Shown here piece after piece: positions 35,993-47,007 of a stretch of 64,000 nt of DNA (position 1 is the stretch's first letter; each line of letters opens with the position of its first letter). This stretch comes from Myripristis murdjan (Eukaryota), in assembly GCF_902150065.1 (NCBI RefSeq), contig NC_043996.1, positions 24,796,745-24,860,744 of the forward strand, in the 5' to 3' direction. The notes under the pieces were generated by a model. It had not been told where the DNA came from and ran no database searches. It saw only the letters and a list, made by a program, of their open reading frames with translations. The position numbers and the translations under genes were made by a program.

Positions 35993-36116
35993 AAAGCGCG
36001 GTACAGACTAAAGCCAGTGCAATGAGCAATGTGGCTAAGACTTTAAAGGCAAAGTTCACTTTAAATATCCTGTTTAATGTGCTGTAAACTTCTGTGTCAA
36101 GGTTGAATAAAGTCAC

Positions 36117-36183
36117 CTCATCTGCTGTAGTCTCCTCTGCTGGTTTAGGAGCCTTCTTAAATATCCCACTGAAAATATTTTTC
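36117..36183 (-). CDS. Repeat-array exon, basic type (EKNIFSGIFKKAPKPAEETTADE)
   Basis: Acceptor 'ctttag'; donor 'gatgag|gtgact'. Confidence 0.5.
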
Positions 36184-36536
36184 TCCTAAAGAAAATACAG
36201 TCAACAATACTCAGGTTACCCAAAATATATCAGCATTACAACAGTGGAGCTCTGGACAGAAGACGGACAAACTGAAATCCAAAGCTTTTAGGCAGCAACA
36301 TGTGGACTCGTGATGAATTGAAAAGCAAAATTACAGAACTTGCATAATATTCAGATTTTTTTTTTTTTTTTTTTTACAGTAAAAGCACGACAACAACCAG
36401 TGAAAACTAAATGAAACATTTTGGTTCCATTACTTGTTGCGGCAGGTTAAAATACACATTTTAAAGTTGCTTCAGGTCCCAGATCTTTCTGTTTAATTCA
36501 AAAGCAGCGATATTTCTCATCGTACCTTAGTGCTGA

Positions 36537-36590
36537 TGTTCTCCGACAGGCTGTCATTGCTTGCAAAGAGCTCTTTGTCCTGAGACAGAG
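36537..36590 (-). CDS. Repeat-array exon, acidic type (DKELFASNDSLSENISTK; 54 nt)
   Basis: Acceptor 'tgtctcag'; donor 'actaag|gtacga'. Confidence 0.55.
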
Positions 36591-36665
36591 AAGTGAACTC
36601 AATTTCAGCACATAAAAATCACAGAGGTGACGCTGTATGAGTGAATATGACACCAGACGCACGCT

Positions 36666-36737
36666 CACCTGACCAGCAGCCTCTTCTCCAGAGGCTTTGG
36701 GTGTTTTCTTGAGGAGTCCGCTGAACAGCCCTCCTTT
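36666..36737 (-). CDS. Repeat-array exon, basic type (EKGGLFSGLLKKTPKASGEEAAGQ; 72 nt)
   Basis: Acceptor 'tgttcaccag'; donor 'ggtcag|gtgagc'. Confidence 0.55.
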
Positions 36738-37013
36738 CTCCTGGTGAACAGAGAGAGGGGTTAGACTAGGGAAAAAAAAAACAAGTAAATTTAATGCGAA
36801 TTCTGAAATTCCCATTAAACTGTGGTGAGGTCAATCAAAAAATTCCAACCAACAGTATATTGCAGATTTTGAACAGTCCTTGCATTAAGATAAAAGCGCC
36901 TTTCGTTAAGTCCCGCCCCAACATCCAGTTTCAACAGGATTTGAATCAAATTCAAGGAAGCAAGATGCTTTTTCAGTCCTGCTCCAGGCCGTGACGTGTG
37001 ACACTGACCTCAC

Positions 37014-37076
37014 TGTCAAACAGGTCGTCAGTGCTGGCGGACCTCTTGAATATGCCGGACAGGCCTCCCTTCTTCT
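37014..37076 (-). CDS. Repeat-array exon, basic type (EKKGGLSGIFKRSASTDDLFDSE)
   Basis: Acceptor 'ctgttttag'; donor 'agtgag|gtcagt'. Confidence 0.45.
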
Positions 37077-37401
37077 CCTAAAACAGACACTTCAGTTATT
37101 TCAGAAAACTTAATGTTCGCAAAAACAAGAGGAAAACGGGTTCAGCGTGGTTTCCACCATCTGATCAGAACCACAAAGCAGATTTAACTCATTTTGCTAC
37201 TGAATTATGAGGATCCCTTGGGAAAGGTAATGAACTGTGAACATAGTAATACAATAATAAGAACATAATGTTAAGCTTTATGAGCAGTTTAAGAGCAATG
37301 CAAGATTAAAGTAAAATTAAGATAATATTAAAACAGAAAAATAAAAGATGCAAGAGGGAAGATCTTCTATAAGACCAAGCTGAGAGAAAAATGAGAATGA
37401 A

Positions 37402-37473
37402 CCTTGGGGACGGTGGTTTGTATGAGATTCTCACAGCTTCCAGAGATCTGCTCTCGGCTGCTCTCCTCCAGCT
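37402..37473 (-). CDS. Repeat-array exon, acidic type, copy 4 of the tandem unit (ELEESSREQISGSCENLIQTTVPK)
   Basis: Acceptor 'ggactcag'; donor 'ccccaag|gttcat', which is a weak donor. Confidence 0.4.
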
Positions 37474-37561
37474 CCTGAGTCCAGACAGAAAAAGGTGAAC
37501 ACACAAACGCTCGGTCCTCAGGATACAAATAATGAGAGTTTTAAAAACTGTGGTCAAATAC

Positions 37562-37630
37562 CTCGTCTGTTGTGGCTCCATCAGCTGGTTTCTGTGGCTT
37601 CTTAAACATGTTGCTGAAGATGCTTTTCTC
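37562..37630 (-). CDS. Repeat-array exon, basic type, copy 4 of the tandem unit (EKSIFSNMFKKPQKPADGATTDE)
   Basis: Acceptor 'catgtttcag'; donor 'gacgag|gtattt'. Confidence 0.5.
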
Positions 37631-37924
37631 CTGAAACATGACAGAAATGATTTGAACAAAAAGGTTTTCTCATTTTATCTACAAGAGCGCATTCAGGTAT
37701 CAGGAAAGGCAAAAAAATGATATTTTAACATCTCTACTATAAACACAGTGAAGCAATGTAAACAGAATTATCATCTCATATTGTCTGTTTCATGTTGCAT
37801 ATTTTTATGGGAAGCATCTTTGGGTCTCTTGAAATCCCCTATGTAAATTTAAATTCTTCTTCTTCTTAATATACTCTTATCTCTACATGATCAGGTGTTA
37901 ATATTCACAAAGAAAGACAAAAAT

Positions 37925-37995
37925 GAGAATGAACCTTGGGGACGGTGGTTTGTATGAGATTCTCACAGCTTCCAGAGATCTGCTCTCGGCTGCTC
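37925..37995 (-). CDS. Repeat-array exon, acidic type, tandem copy 3
   Basis: Near-identical to 37402-37473 and sits inside the ~535-bp tandem unit. Confidence 0.4.
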
Positions 37996-38103
37996 TCCTC
38001 CAGCTCCTGGGTCCAGACAGAAAAAGGTGAACACACAAACGCTCGGTCCTCAGGATACAAATAATAAGAATTTAAAATTAAAATTAAAATTTTTGTTCAC
38101 ATA

Positions 38104-38173
38104 CCTCGTCTGTTGTGGCTCCATCAGCTGGTTTCTGCGGCTTCTTAAACATGTTGCTGAAGATGCTTTTCTC
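38104..38173 (-). CDS. Repeat-array exon, basic type, tandem copy 3 (EKSIFSNMFKKPQKPADGATTDE)
   Basis: Carries the same flanks as 37562-37630. Confidence 0.5.
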
Positions 38174-38458
38174 CTGAAACATGACAGAAATGATTTGTAC
38201 AAAAGGTTTTCTCATTTTATCTACAAGAGCTTGTTCAGGAATCAGGAAAGGGAAAAAATGATACTTTAACATCTCTACTGTAAACACAGTAAAGCAATGT
38301 AAACATTATCATTATCATCTCCTATTGTCTGTTTCACGTTGCATGTTTTTATGTAAAGCATCTTTGGGTCCCTTGAAATCCGCTATGTAATGTTATTATT
38401 ATCATCACTACACTCGTATCTCTACATGGTCAGGTGTTTATTTTCACAAAAAAATGAG

Positions 38459-38530
38459 AATGAACCTTGGGGACGGTGGTTTGTGTGAGATTCTCACAGC
38501 TTCCAGAGATCTGCTCTCGGCTGCTCTCCT
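38459..38530 (-). CDS. Repeat-array exon, acidic type, tandem copy 2 (ELEESSREQISGSCENLTQTTVPK)
   Basis: Tandem-unit copy. Confidence 0.4.
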
Positions 38531-38627
38531 CCAGCTCCTGAGTCCAGACAGAAAAAGGTGAACACACAAACGCTCGGTCCTCATGATACAAATAATGAGC
38601 AACTTTTAGATTTGGTTCACATACCTC

Positions 38628-38696
38628 GTCTGTTGTGGCTCCATCAGCTGGTTTCTGCGGCTTCTTAAACATGTTGCTGAAGATGCTTTTCTCCTG
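38628..38696 (-). CDS. Repeat-array exon, basic type, tandem copy 2
   Basis: Tandem-unit copy. Confidence 0.5.
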
Positions 38697-39004
38697 AAAC
38701 ATGACAGAAATTATTTGAACAAAAAGGTTTTCTCATTTCATCTACAAGAGCTCATTCAGGTAACAGAATCAGTATTGGAAAGGGAAAAAAATGATATTTT
38801 AACATCTCTACTATAAACACAGTGAAGCAATGGAAACAGAATTATCATCTCATATCGTCTGTTTCATGTTGCATTATTTTATGGAAAGCATCTTTGGGTT
38901 TCTTGAAATCCGCTATGTACATTTAAATTCTTCTTCTTATTATCATCACTACACTCTTATCTCTGCATGATCAGGTTTCAGTATTCACAAAAAAAAAGAC
39001 AAAA

Positions 39005-39076
39005 ATGAAAATGAACCTTGGGGACGGTGGTTTGTATGAGATTCTCACAGCTTCCAGAGATCTGCTCTCGGCTGCT
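39005..39076 (-). CDS. Repeat-array exon, acidic type, tandem copy 1
   Basis: Tandem-unit copy. Confidence 0.4.
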
Positions 39077-39176
39077 CTCCTCCAGCTCCTGAGTCCAGAC
39101 AGAAAAAGGTGAACACACAAACGCTCGGTCCTCATGATACAAATAATTAGAATTTTAAAAACTGTGGTCAAATACC

Positions 39177-39245
39177 TCGTCTGTTGTGGCTCCATCAGCT
39201 GGTTTCTGCGGCTTCTTAAACATGTTGCTGAAGATGTTTTTCTCC
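39177..39245 (-). CDS. Repeat-array exon, basic type, tandem copy 1 (EKNIFSNMFKKPQKPADGATTDE)
   Basis: Tandem-unit copy with one substitution (S to N). Confidence 0.5.
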
Positions 39246-39339
39246 TGAAACATGCCAGAAATGAATTTGAAGGTGTGACTGAAAAGTGCCTGTCTGGTCA
39301 TTTTACCTGCAGGAGCTCGTCACAAAGCGACTCACTTTA

Positions 39340-39405
39340 CTGCTGCTGTTCTCAGACAGGTTGTCCCTGCTGGACGAGAGCTCTTTCTGGGCGTCTTTGT
39401 CCTGA
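39340..39405 (-). CDS. Repeat-array exon, acidic type (DKDAQKELSSSRDNLSENSSSK)
   Basis: Acceptor 'ctgtttcag'; donor 'agtaaa|gtgagt'. Confidence 0.5.
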
Positions 39406-39490
39406 AACAGAGAAATTTGTGTCGGATGAAACTGTGAGGAAAGTGAACGGAGGCTTGGACGGCGCCTTTATAATCACAACGAGTCTCTCA

Positions 39491-39561
39491 CCTGTGAATC
39501 GGCCTTTTCTCCAGGCGCTTTGGGGGTCTTTTTGAGGAGCCCGCTGAACAGCCCGCCTCTC
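39491..39561 (-). CDS. Repeat-array exon, basic type (ERGGLFSGLLKKTPKAPGEKADSQ)
   Basis: Acceptor 'tgcaccag'; donor 'tcacag|gtgaga'. Confidence 0.55.
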
Positions 39562-39676
39562 TCCTGGTGCACAGACAAACAAATATTTACATATCAAAAG
39601 GTGAATTATCAAATGGTCATTTTACTGAAACAAATGAATCACAAACCCAGTTCATTTAGTCTGAAACCCTGACCGA

Positions 39677-39736
39677 CCTTGTTGTCAGATAAACTCTCAT
39701 TGCTGGCAGAGAGCTCGCCATGCAGAGACTCCTTAT
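39677..39736 (-). CDS. Repeat-array exon, acidic type (DKESLHGELSASNESLSDNK)
   Basis: Acceptor 'ctacag'; donor 'aacaag|gtcggt'. Confidence 0.5.
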
Positions 39737-39892
39737 CCTGTAGAAAAATAAATAAATCACAAATAACCATGAAACTTGCAGTAATAGCAAATGTTATGCA
39801 GTCAAGACTCAGTAAAAATGACAAAAATTTGGAAATAAATGGAGTTGCTGCTGTAAACAGTGTCCAAGGAAAAATGCTGCAATTATGATTTA

Positions 39893-39933
<41 letters not shown>

Positions 39934-40084
39934 CCACTGCTTTTTCCACTCAAAACAACACAAACAGTGTAAATGAGGATACAAACTATGAAGGATGAAA
40001 AATGACAAAACAATAAACAAATGAATAAATAAATAAATACACATATATAAATGCACGAATAATTAAATTAATAAATATTTCTAC

Positions 40085-40345
40085 ATGTATTTATTTATTT
40101 ATTTCTGTTTTTATTCATGCATTTATTTATTTATTTGTGTATTTATACATTTATGCATGTATGTATTTATTTATTTCTACATTTATTTATTTATATATTC
40201 ATTTATTTATACATTTATTTATTTATTTGTGTATTTATATATTTATTTTTACATTTATTTATTTAGATTTTTATTTATTTATACATTTATTCATTTATTT
40301 ATTCCTTCATGTACATTTATTTATTTATTCCTACATTTATGCAGT
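40085..40345. repeat. Low-complexity (TTTATTTA / TTTAC)n tract of about 260 bp
   Basis: 'tatttatttatttctgtttttattcatgcatttatttatttatttgtgtatttatacatttatgcatg...' It creates spurious Leu/Ile/Tyr/Phe ORFs (40085..40429 and 40137..40439). Confidence 0.85.
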
Positions 40346-40644
40346 CAAGAACAAACAAATTTCCAAACAAAATTTGGAAATAAATGGAGTTGCTGCTGCA
40401 GTGTCCAGGGAAAAATGCTGCAATTATGATTTAAAATAAATAAATAAATAAATAAAATCCACTGCTTTTTCCACTCAAAACAACACAAACAGTGTAAATG
40501 AGGATACAAACAATATAAAGGTTGGGATAACAGAGGAGGAGGGGTTCTTTTGAAAATGAAACCGAAATAGAAACAATGCAGTGTAACAGTTTATCTTTAT
40601 AACTGAGCACTGCTCCAGACAGCGGACCAGAAAAATGTACTTAC

Positions 40645-40698
40645 CTCTTCAGGTTTAGGAGACCTCCTGAACATTGCACTGAATATTCCTCCTTTCTC
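40645..40698 (-). CDS. Repeat-array exon, basic type (EKGGIFSAMFRRSPKPEE)
   Basis: Acceptor 'gtgtttcag'; donor 'gaagag|gtaagt'. Confidence 0.55.
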
Positions 40699-40787
40699 CT
40701 GAAACACACACACGATGAGGGTTATCTTGGGGAAATGTGAAGCTGATCAGTGTAAATTGCAGGTAAAAGGATGCAGGTAAACTCACG

Positions 40788-40853
40788 GTGGTGCTGTTCT
40801 CACACAGACTGTCGCTGCTGGCTGAGAGCCTGCCGTCTCCGGGCTGCTTGTCC
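40788..40853 (-). CDS. Repeat-array exon, acidic type (DKQPGDGRLSASSDSLCENSTT)
   Basis: Acceptor 'cctgtcag'; donor 'accacc|gtgagt'. Confidence 0.5.
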
Positions 40854-41089
40854 TGACAGGAGATCACATCAGTCAGGAATTTTTACCCACAACAGCTAAA
40901 AATGGCCTTCCACTTAATAATTACAACAGTCTCTTAAGGTTTATTTAAACAGGGAAGCACAGAAATTTCTCAAGGATGCCTTGCTCAAGAGCAGGAGTAA
41001 AGAGAGTTAGTCATTCAGTTACTGTAAAAAATAATAATAATAATAAAAAAAATAAAATACTGTAATGAAAGTAGAGGTGAAACTGCACA

Positions 41090-41164
41090 CCTCCTCTGTG
41101 TGAGGATCATCTGCGAGTCGGGACGTCTTCTTCAACTTTACGCCGAACACGCTTCCTTTCTCCT
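41090..41164 (-). CDS. Repeat-array exon, basic type (EKGSVFGVKLKKTSRLADDPHTEE)
   Basis: Acceptor 'gtgtttcag'; donor 'gaggag|gtgtgc'. Confidence 0.5.
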
Positions 41165-42370
41165 GAAACACCAAGGAGCTGCTCAGTTGAATTAATTGAA
41201 ATGTACCTGAATTAAAGCTACATTTTCCCCTTTTTAAATGGGTAAAAAACTGGTAAAAAAAAAAAAAAAAAAAAAAACAAGGCCAAAAACGACTGAGGTG
41301 TTTACCACTTACTGCTGTGCTTCTCACTTCTGTCTCCTTTATGGAAATTTGATTTAAAAATCTGTATCCTTTACCAAATCAGTATCATTCCACCTTATAA
41401 CCACAAACAAATGAGATCATTGTGGAGGAGACCATCAACCGCTCTGCTGTATTTCAAATCATTTACCACCAGGCTTCAGATTTCATGAGAAAACTGCTTT
41501 AGGGCACAAAAACAGAGAAGCGGGATCTGTTCTTAAAGGGAAAACATGAATTTCAGTTTTATGCGATGGTGGATTAAGTGAAAGGCTGATGGTGGAAAAA
41601 AATCACTTCAAACATGTCGATCCTCTTTAAAACAGGATAAAAATGCACACCAGGAAACGAGACCCTTCTTGCTGTTGACTGGCAGCAACATCACAAAGGC
41701 TCATGGGAAGTGTAGTTTTCATTTTGAAAGACAGAATCATGGACTGCACGTGTGGCCTGAGATATAGAGACTTCAAACACTACATAAGTACCATCTTTGA
41801 TGAAAACTGACTGTGTTTCAAACAAATCACATTTCTGTTAAGCAGTGTTGTCTTTAACTTGTCGCATTACATTCATCTGTAACGCAGTAATGTAACATGT
41901 TACCGTTCCTTAATCCATTAATCACATTACAGTTACAAATCAAACAATTGTGGTGTTTCTTGAGCTACATAAGTTCTCTGCATAACAGGTGGGAGAGACG
42001 ACAAAATGACAGAGCGGTCTACAACTTCTGAGGTGCGGCCATCTGCACATTACTGAGAACTTGTTGAACTGAGGTATTAATTATTAAAGAGCATCAAAGA
42101 GATAATTTGTGTATGCCCTTTACATTAAGATGGAGATTTGTGCTGATTCGTAGGCAGATGTAAGGTTTATCATCACACTGTTAACTGGCAGAACATGAAG
42201 ATGCAGCTCAGGTGATGTTGTGGAGTAACACAAATAATGTACTTTCCACAGGTGGTAACTAAGAAAAGCAACGCATTACTTTTTAAAACACTAACGAGTA
42301 ATGTGTACAATACATGACATTACAACAGTGGTTTTTAGACGCACGGGTTTCTGACGGTGGCAGTGACTCA

Positions 42371-42443
42371 CCTTGGTGTTGCTGCTGCTCTCAGACAGGC
42401 TGTCGCTGCTGGCAGAGAGATCTTTCTGAGCAGAGAGATTCTC
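42371..42443 (-). CDS. Repeat-array exon, acidic type (ENLSAQKDLSASSDSLSESSSNTK)
   Basis: Acceptor 'ttgtttcag'; donor 'accaag|gtgagt'. Confidence 0.55.
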
Positions 42444-42700
42444 CTGAAACAAAACGACAGCGGAGTAAATCATAATCATAAATCATCAAAGTGAGGTGAA
42501 AGAGCGGTCAACATCCACGAAGGAAACTGCTCCAACAGCTCATGGTCTGTCATGTTGTGAAACCCCTTCGCTCAGTGTTGGATCTATACAGAGCAGCAGC
42601 TGTTTCTGAGAGAGTGAGAAGCTGTGTGGTTTGTTTGGACGGTCTGCAGAAAAAAAACGAACCGTTCTGCTGTGTTTGTGGGATGCAGACCCACCTGCGC

Positions 42701-42762
42701 CTCTCCGGGGGCTCGGGGCGTCTTCCTGAGGAGCCCGCTGAACAGCCCGCCTCTCTCCTGTG
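42701..42762 (-). CDS. Repeat-array exon, basic type (ERGGLFSGLLRKTPRAPGEAQ)
   Basis: Acceptor 'agccacag'; donor 'gcgcag|gtgggt'. Confidence 0.5.
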
Positions 42763-43026
42763 GCTGAAAACACAGCACAACAGCTTTAAAGCACTCAGAC
42801 GACTTACGCTCCTGAATTTCAAAGGTAACGTCATTTTTCCAGCCACGGCCCCAGACAGGTTTCAGGGGAAAAAAAAACAAAACAAAACCACCACCAGAAA
42901 AAGAAAAAAAAAAAACAATCCACCCCCGGGTCTATTTTCATGTTCGTCACAGTGACTCATCAGGTTTCTGTGGGTGTCTGGTTAGTTTTCTGAAAGTTTA
43001 AACACAGCTTTGTAATTTAGACTTAC

Positions 43027-43087
43027 TTTGCTCTCTGACAGACTGTCATTGCTGGCAGACAGCTCGCTGTGCAGCGACGCCTTATCC
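43027..43087 (-). CDS. Repeat-array exon, acidic type (DKASLHSELSASNDSLSESK)
   Basis: Acceptor 'ttttgcag'; donor 'caaag|taagtc' (boundary ambiguous by ±1 nt). Confidence 0.45.
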
Positions 43088-43929
43088 TGCAAAAAAAAAA
43101 AAAAAAGAAGAAGAAGTTAGCAAACATGAGTAAACACAACAAACACCGACAAACATGACACTGATAACGGAGGCAGACAAACAGGGATGAATTCTGGGTA
43201 AAATAAGACTTGACTGAATGGCACTCGGCAGGAAACTCACTCTGTAATTTCCTTGATATAAGTTTTTTAATGCCAGAATTTATTCATTTATTTATGGTTC
43301 TCCTTATTCTTGTGTGAATGATATTGCTAATAGTGTTGTAATATACAGAGGACACTGTTTTTGTTTTGTTTGTTTGTTGCTGCGACTTTCCCTTTCAATA
43401 AAATTTAAGTCCTGAAATAAATGACAGTATAATTACAGTAAAATTAGAATAATTTCATTGATTCATCTCTGTTTATCTCAATCAGTCAAGATGTGTAACA
43501 GTACTGATGGCATAGATTGACATTTCACCTGAAATGAGATTAGATTAGATACAATTAGATGAGAATAGATTAGATTAGATTAGATTAATTGACACTTTTA
43601 TGATTCTAGTGGTGCAATTGGGCCCCAGCATTGGGAAACAGTTAATAATAAAATAATAAAATAATAATAAAATTACAAAGGAATAGAACAAATGGCAGTT
43701 ATTTAAAAATATAAAACTGACGCATCAACACTCATTTTATATTAAAGTATGTAAAAAAAAAAAAAGTCAGCATGAGGCTTGCCAAAGGCTTGCCCTGTTC
43801 AAAATCATGCATCTTGTAGGAATGAAACTCCTTTCTTAAAAAAAAAAAAAAAAAGCGATTTAAGTTAGAAAACGGAGGATGAGCACAGCAAGTCAAAAGT
43901 CGGGGCTAAGGACAAACGTTTCCAGTCAC

Positions 43930-44002
43930 CTCGTCTTGTTGGGGGGCTTCAGACGTTTTGGGCGTTTTCTTGAACATTCCTCCGAACACACTTCCTTTCT
44001 CC
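43930..44002 (-). CDS. Repeat-array exon, basic type (EKGSVFGGMFKKTPKTSEAPQQDE)
   Basis: Acceptor 'gttcattag'; donor 'gacgag|gtgact'. Confidence 0.5.
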
Positions 44003-44150
44003 TAATGAACAGAAAAAAAAACTGGGTGTCTGTTTGGCTCTAACTTCTTTGTAAAGACGAGACAGGGATGTGTAAAGCTGCAAAAATCTGATTAAACTGT
44101 TTGTTATACGGACAGTGATGAACTGAAGGATCTGGATGCTCTCTGTACCT

Positions 44151-44210
44151 TGTTGTTGCTGTTCTCATTCAGACTGTCGCTGCTGGCTGACAGCTCACTC
44201 TGCTTGTCCT
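44151..44210 (-). CDS. Repeat-array exon, acidic type (DKQSELSASSDSLNENSNNK)
   Basis: Acceptor 'gtgtttcag'; donor 'aacaag|gtacag'. Confidence 0.55.
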
Positions 44211-44512
44211 GAAACACAAATCAGAAAAAAAAAACAGTTGAGTCAAATGAGACAGATATGACAAATCGATGTATTTATGCCATTTCAGTGGTTTATGATT
44301 TGATCAATCAATGGAAATCCACCCTTTGGTCCAATCAGCAACAAGAACAGCATCATTAAATCTGGACCAGAGGTGTTACAGTCAGCTTTAAATTGTGAGT
44401 CAGCTACAATGCATCTACATGCTATGTTTTTTGGCATAGAAGTTACTATCACACTATCACACTTAAATCTCCATCGCCCCCATGTGTAGATTTCTCTGTC
44501 ACACACACATTA

Positions 44513-44586
44513 CCTGCCCAGGTGTCACCTCTCCAGGTGGCTTGGGAGACTTGCGAAGGATCCCGCTGAAAAATCCCCCCTTTTCC
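44513..44586 (-). CDS. Repeat-array exon, basic type (ERGGFFSGILRKSPKPPGEVTPGQ)
   Basis: Acceptor 'gtcagcag'; donor 'gggcag|gtaatg'. Confidence 0.5.
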
Positions 44587-44688
44587 TGCTGACATCACAC
44601 CAGTTAGTTGTATTAGCAGAAGCCGTTACACAACAATATGAGCATAATCCCATGAATTCACAGATGAATACTTCCAAACGCACCTTTG

Positions 44689-44751
44689 AGGTTTCAGACA
44701 GATTGTCGCTACTGCCCGACAGATCGCTGTGCAACGACTGCCGGTCCTGAG
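44689..44751 (-). CDS. Repeat-array exon, acidic type (DRQSLHSDLSGSSDNLSETSK)
   Basis: Acceptor 'gtctctcag'; donor 'tcaaag|gtgcgt'. Confidence 0.55.
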
Positions 44752-45574
44752 AGACAAAACGAACAGAGTCAGTACAAACATCAGGCAACAAGATTTGTCC
44801 AGTGATACTTGACCTTTTTGGCTCTGCATGAATAACTGAATTTTAATAATTTAACAGCTGATGACACAAACGCAGGCAGCTTGACTCATTCAGATTCAGT
44901 GAAAATCACGACTTTTCAAGCAAAATGTAACTGGGCAGATACACAAAGAGCTTTTTTGTGATAAAGATAATATTCAACAACATTTCTGGATAAGGATTTT
45001 TTTTCGATTTTCTCCTGTTTTTTTGCTCTTATGTATAGGCTATGTTTTGAAGGGGATGCAGTTTATTGCAACCATTACTCTGGTGTGGCCGGCAACACTC
45101 TGCGGCCACTGAATCACCGTCATTTCACAACCACAGGAAAGATTAGTCAGACACACTTCTGTCACGACATCGAACTACACATGCTGTCAAAAAGATTTGT
45201 TTAGTCCCAAAAGCTGCAACGCCTGTCAAGCGATGGTAAAATGACCAATGGGACGGCTGTGAAGACATTAAATGAACTTGGATATATAGACATACAGACA
45301 GACAGATGCACTTTATTGATCCATAATGCAACATTGCACAGGGATAATAATAAAGGCTGCACATATATGCCTTTCAGCACTAGAAGAGAGAAATAAATAT
45401 CTTTAGAAAAGTAAATACAACAAAGAACAAAATAAAATAAAGTAGGTCAATGCAAAGAATATGAGAAAAAAAAACTTCTCATACCTTATAAGAGTAATAA
45501 AATAAGTTAAACATACTAAAATATATGTATAGGTTATCTATAAAGCATTCAGTGAACGTCATTACCTCTTCAGG

Positions 45575-45647
45575 TGGAGCGGCTTCTGTTGTTCTGGGAG
45601 ATTTCTTGAACATCCCACTGAATATTCCTCCTTTCTCCTGAGGCAGA
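45575..45647 (-). CDS. Repeat-array exon, basic type (EKGGIFSGMFKKSPRTTEAAPPEE)
   Basis: Acceptor 'ctgcctcag'; donor 'gaagag|gtaatg'. Confidence 0.55.
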
Positions 45648-45764
45648 CACACGAAATAACTGTTTTTGTCAGGTGAATGACGGCCTGCATGTTTTTATGT
45701 CTGCACTATAATGACTTGCATTATCTCGGCTCTCATGTCAGGTAAATGTGGAGCTGCTCACCTT

Positions 45765-45823
45765 GCCGTTGTTCTCCGACAGGCCGTCGCTGCCGGCTGC
45801 CGGCTCGCTCAGATCCTCCTGAA
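45765..45823 (-). CDS. Repeat-array exon, acidic type (EDLSEPAAGSDGLSENNGK)
   Basis: Acceptor 'ctgcttcag'; donor 'ggcaag|gtgagc'. Confidence 0.5.
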
Positions 45824-45994
45824 GCAGCAAACATCAGTAAAATGAAATAAACACAGGCGGAAATATTTATTGCTATACATTGTGTGGTGGAAGACTTTAT
45901 CCAAAACACCTCATGTTACCAGATAAAAAGGCATTTTCAGCGTTTTAGTTTCAGAGGGTGGGAAGAAATCACTGTTGGGTCTAGTTCACCTGTG

Positions 45995-46060
45995 CAGCCG
46001 CCTCATCTGCTGGTCTGTGGGATTTTTTCAGAATGCCAAAGAAGCTTCCTTTCTCCTGCA
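45995..46060 (-). CDS. Repeat-array exon, basic type (EKGSFFGILKKSHRPADEAAAQ)
   Basis: Acceptor 'ctctgcag'; donor 'gcacag|gtgaac'. Confidence 0.5.
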
Positions 46061-46809
46061 GAGGGAGAAAAAAATTGTTTTCAACACGTTTTTAAAAGTG
46101 TTGCATAAAACACAACACTTGACGAGTGTCCGAATGTCTATCATGAGTAGAATCAGACCCATAAATCTGGAGTTTATGCCCTGACTGATACACCCAGAAC
46201 CGCATCACATGAACAACTAAATCTGATATTTGATCCAACATGGATTCACATCTACATTCTCATTGATTTTATTTATTTTATTGTCATTACAAACTTAATT
46301 GTGCTTATTTTAGGATCATCATTTATCCCTGGTTTCTATGCACTTCCATATTTTTTGTACTTTTAAATCCAAGAGTTTGCACCTTTAGTGGCATTGTGTT
46401 TGTTTGACATGAGATCATTATGTATTTGCCTTTAATTTAATCATTTTTTATATTTGCGTTTGTATATGTGGTCATTTCCTTTACTCAAATTTCATCTGCT
46501 TTATGTGAGTTTATTTCTTTTATGCGTGCTTGACATCGAGTTACATGGTGCACATTTTTTATTTTTATTCTGTAAATCCTTGAACCTGGAAAGGACTTTT
46601 GCTTGAGCTTGAAAAGTGCAATATAATTAAAAAATACTATTATCATTATTATAATATAGATTCAGATGTACATTGTCATTGCACACCCTTCATATTACAC
46701 CAGCTGACAGACGCTGGTCAGTTTTTTATTAATTTGCATGATTATTTGACTGCGTCTCAAACTGAACTACAACAAGAGAAGCCGCTGAAACAAAACCTAC
46801 ATGTGTGTG

Positions 46810-46869
46810 TTCAGATGTTTTCTCCTCTGCGTCATCGGCGTCACTGTCCACTGTGCTGACCTGGCAGAC
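46810..46869 (-). CDS. Candidate array exon, divergent acidic type (VSTVDSDADDAEEKTSEHT)
   Basis: Acceptor 'gtctgccag'; donor 'acacat|gtaggt'. Weaker match to the family. Confidence 0.3.
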
Positions 46870-47007
46870 ACAAAAAAATAACATTGACATGAGTCCAGAA
46901 TATTCTGTCAGCAGCAGATTCAGAAACGAAGCACTGAGAGGAAAAGGGTTAGTGAGAGCAAGAACGAGACCGGGAGTGAAATTAAATATCAAACGACGGA
47001 GAGAGCC

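Noticed and set aside
40085-40439. Two ~100-aa ORFs full of Tyr, Leu, Ile and Phe
   Set aside because: They are translations of the (TTTA)n low-complexity tract.
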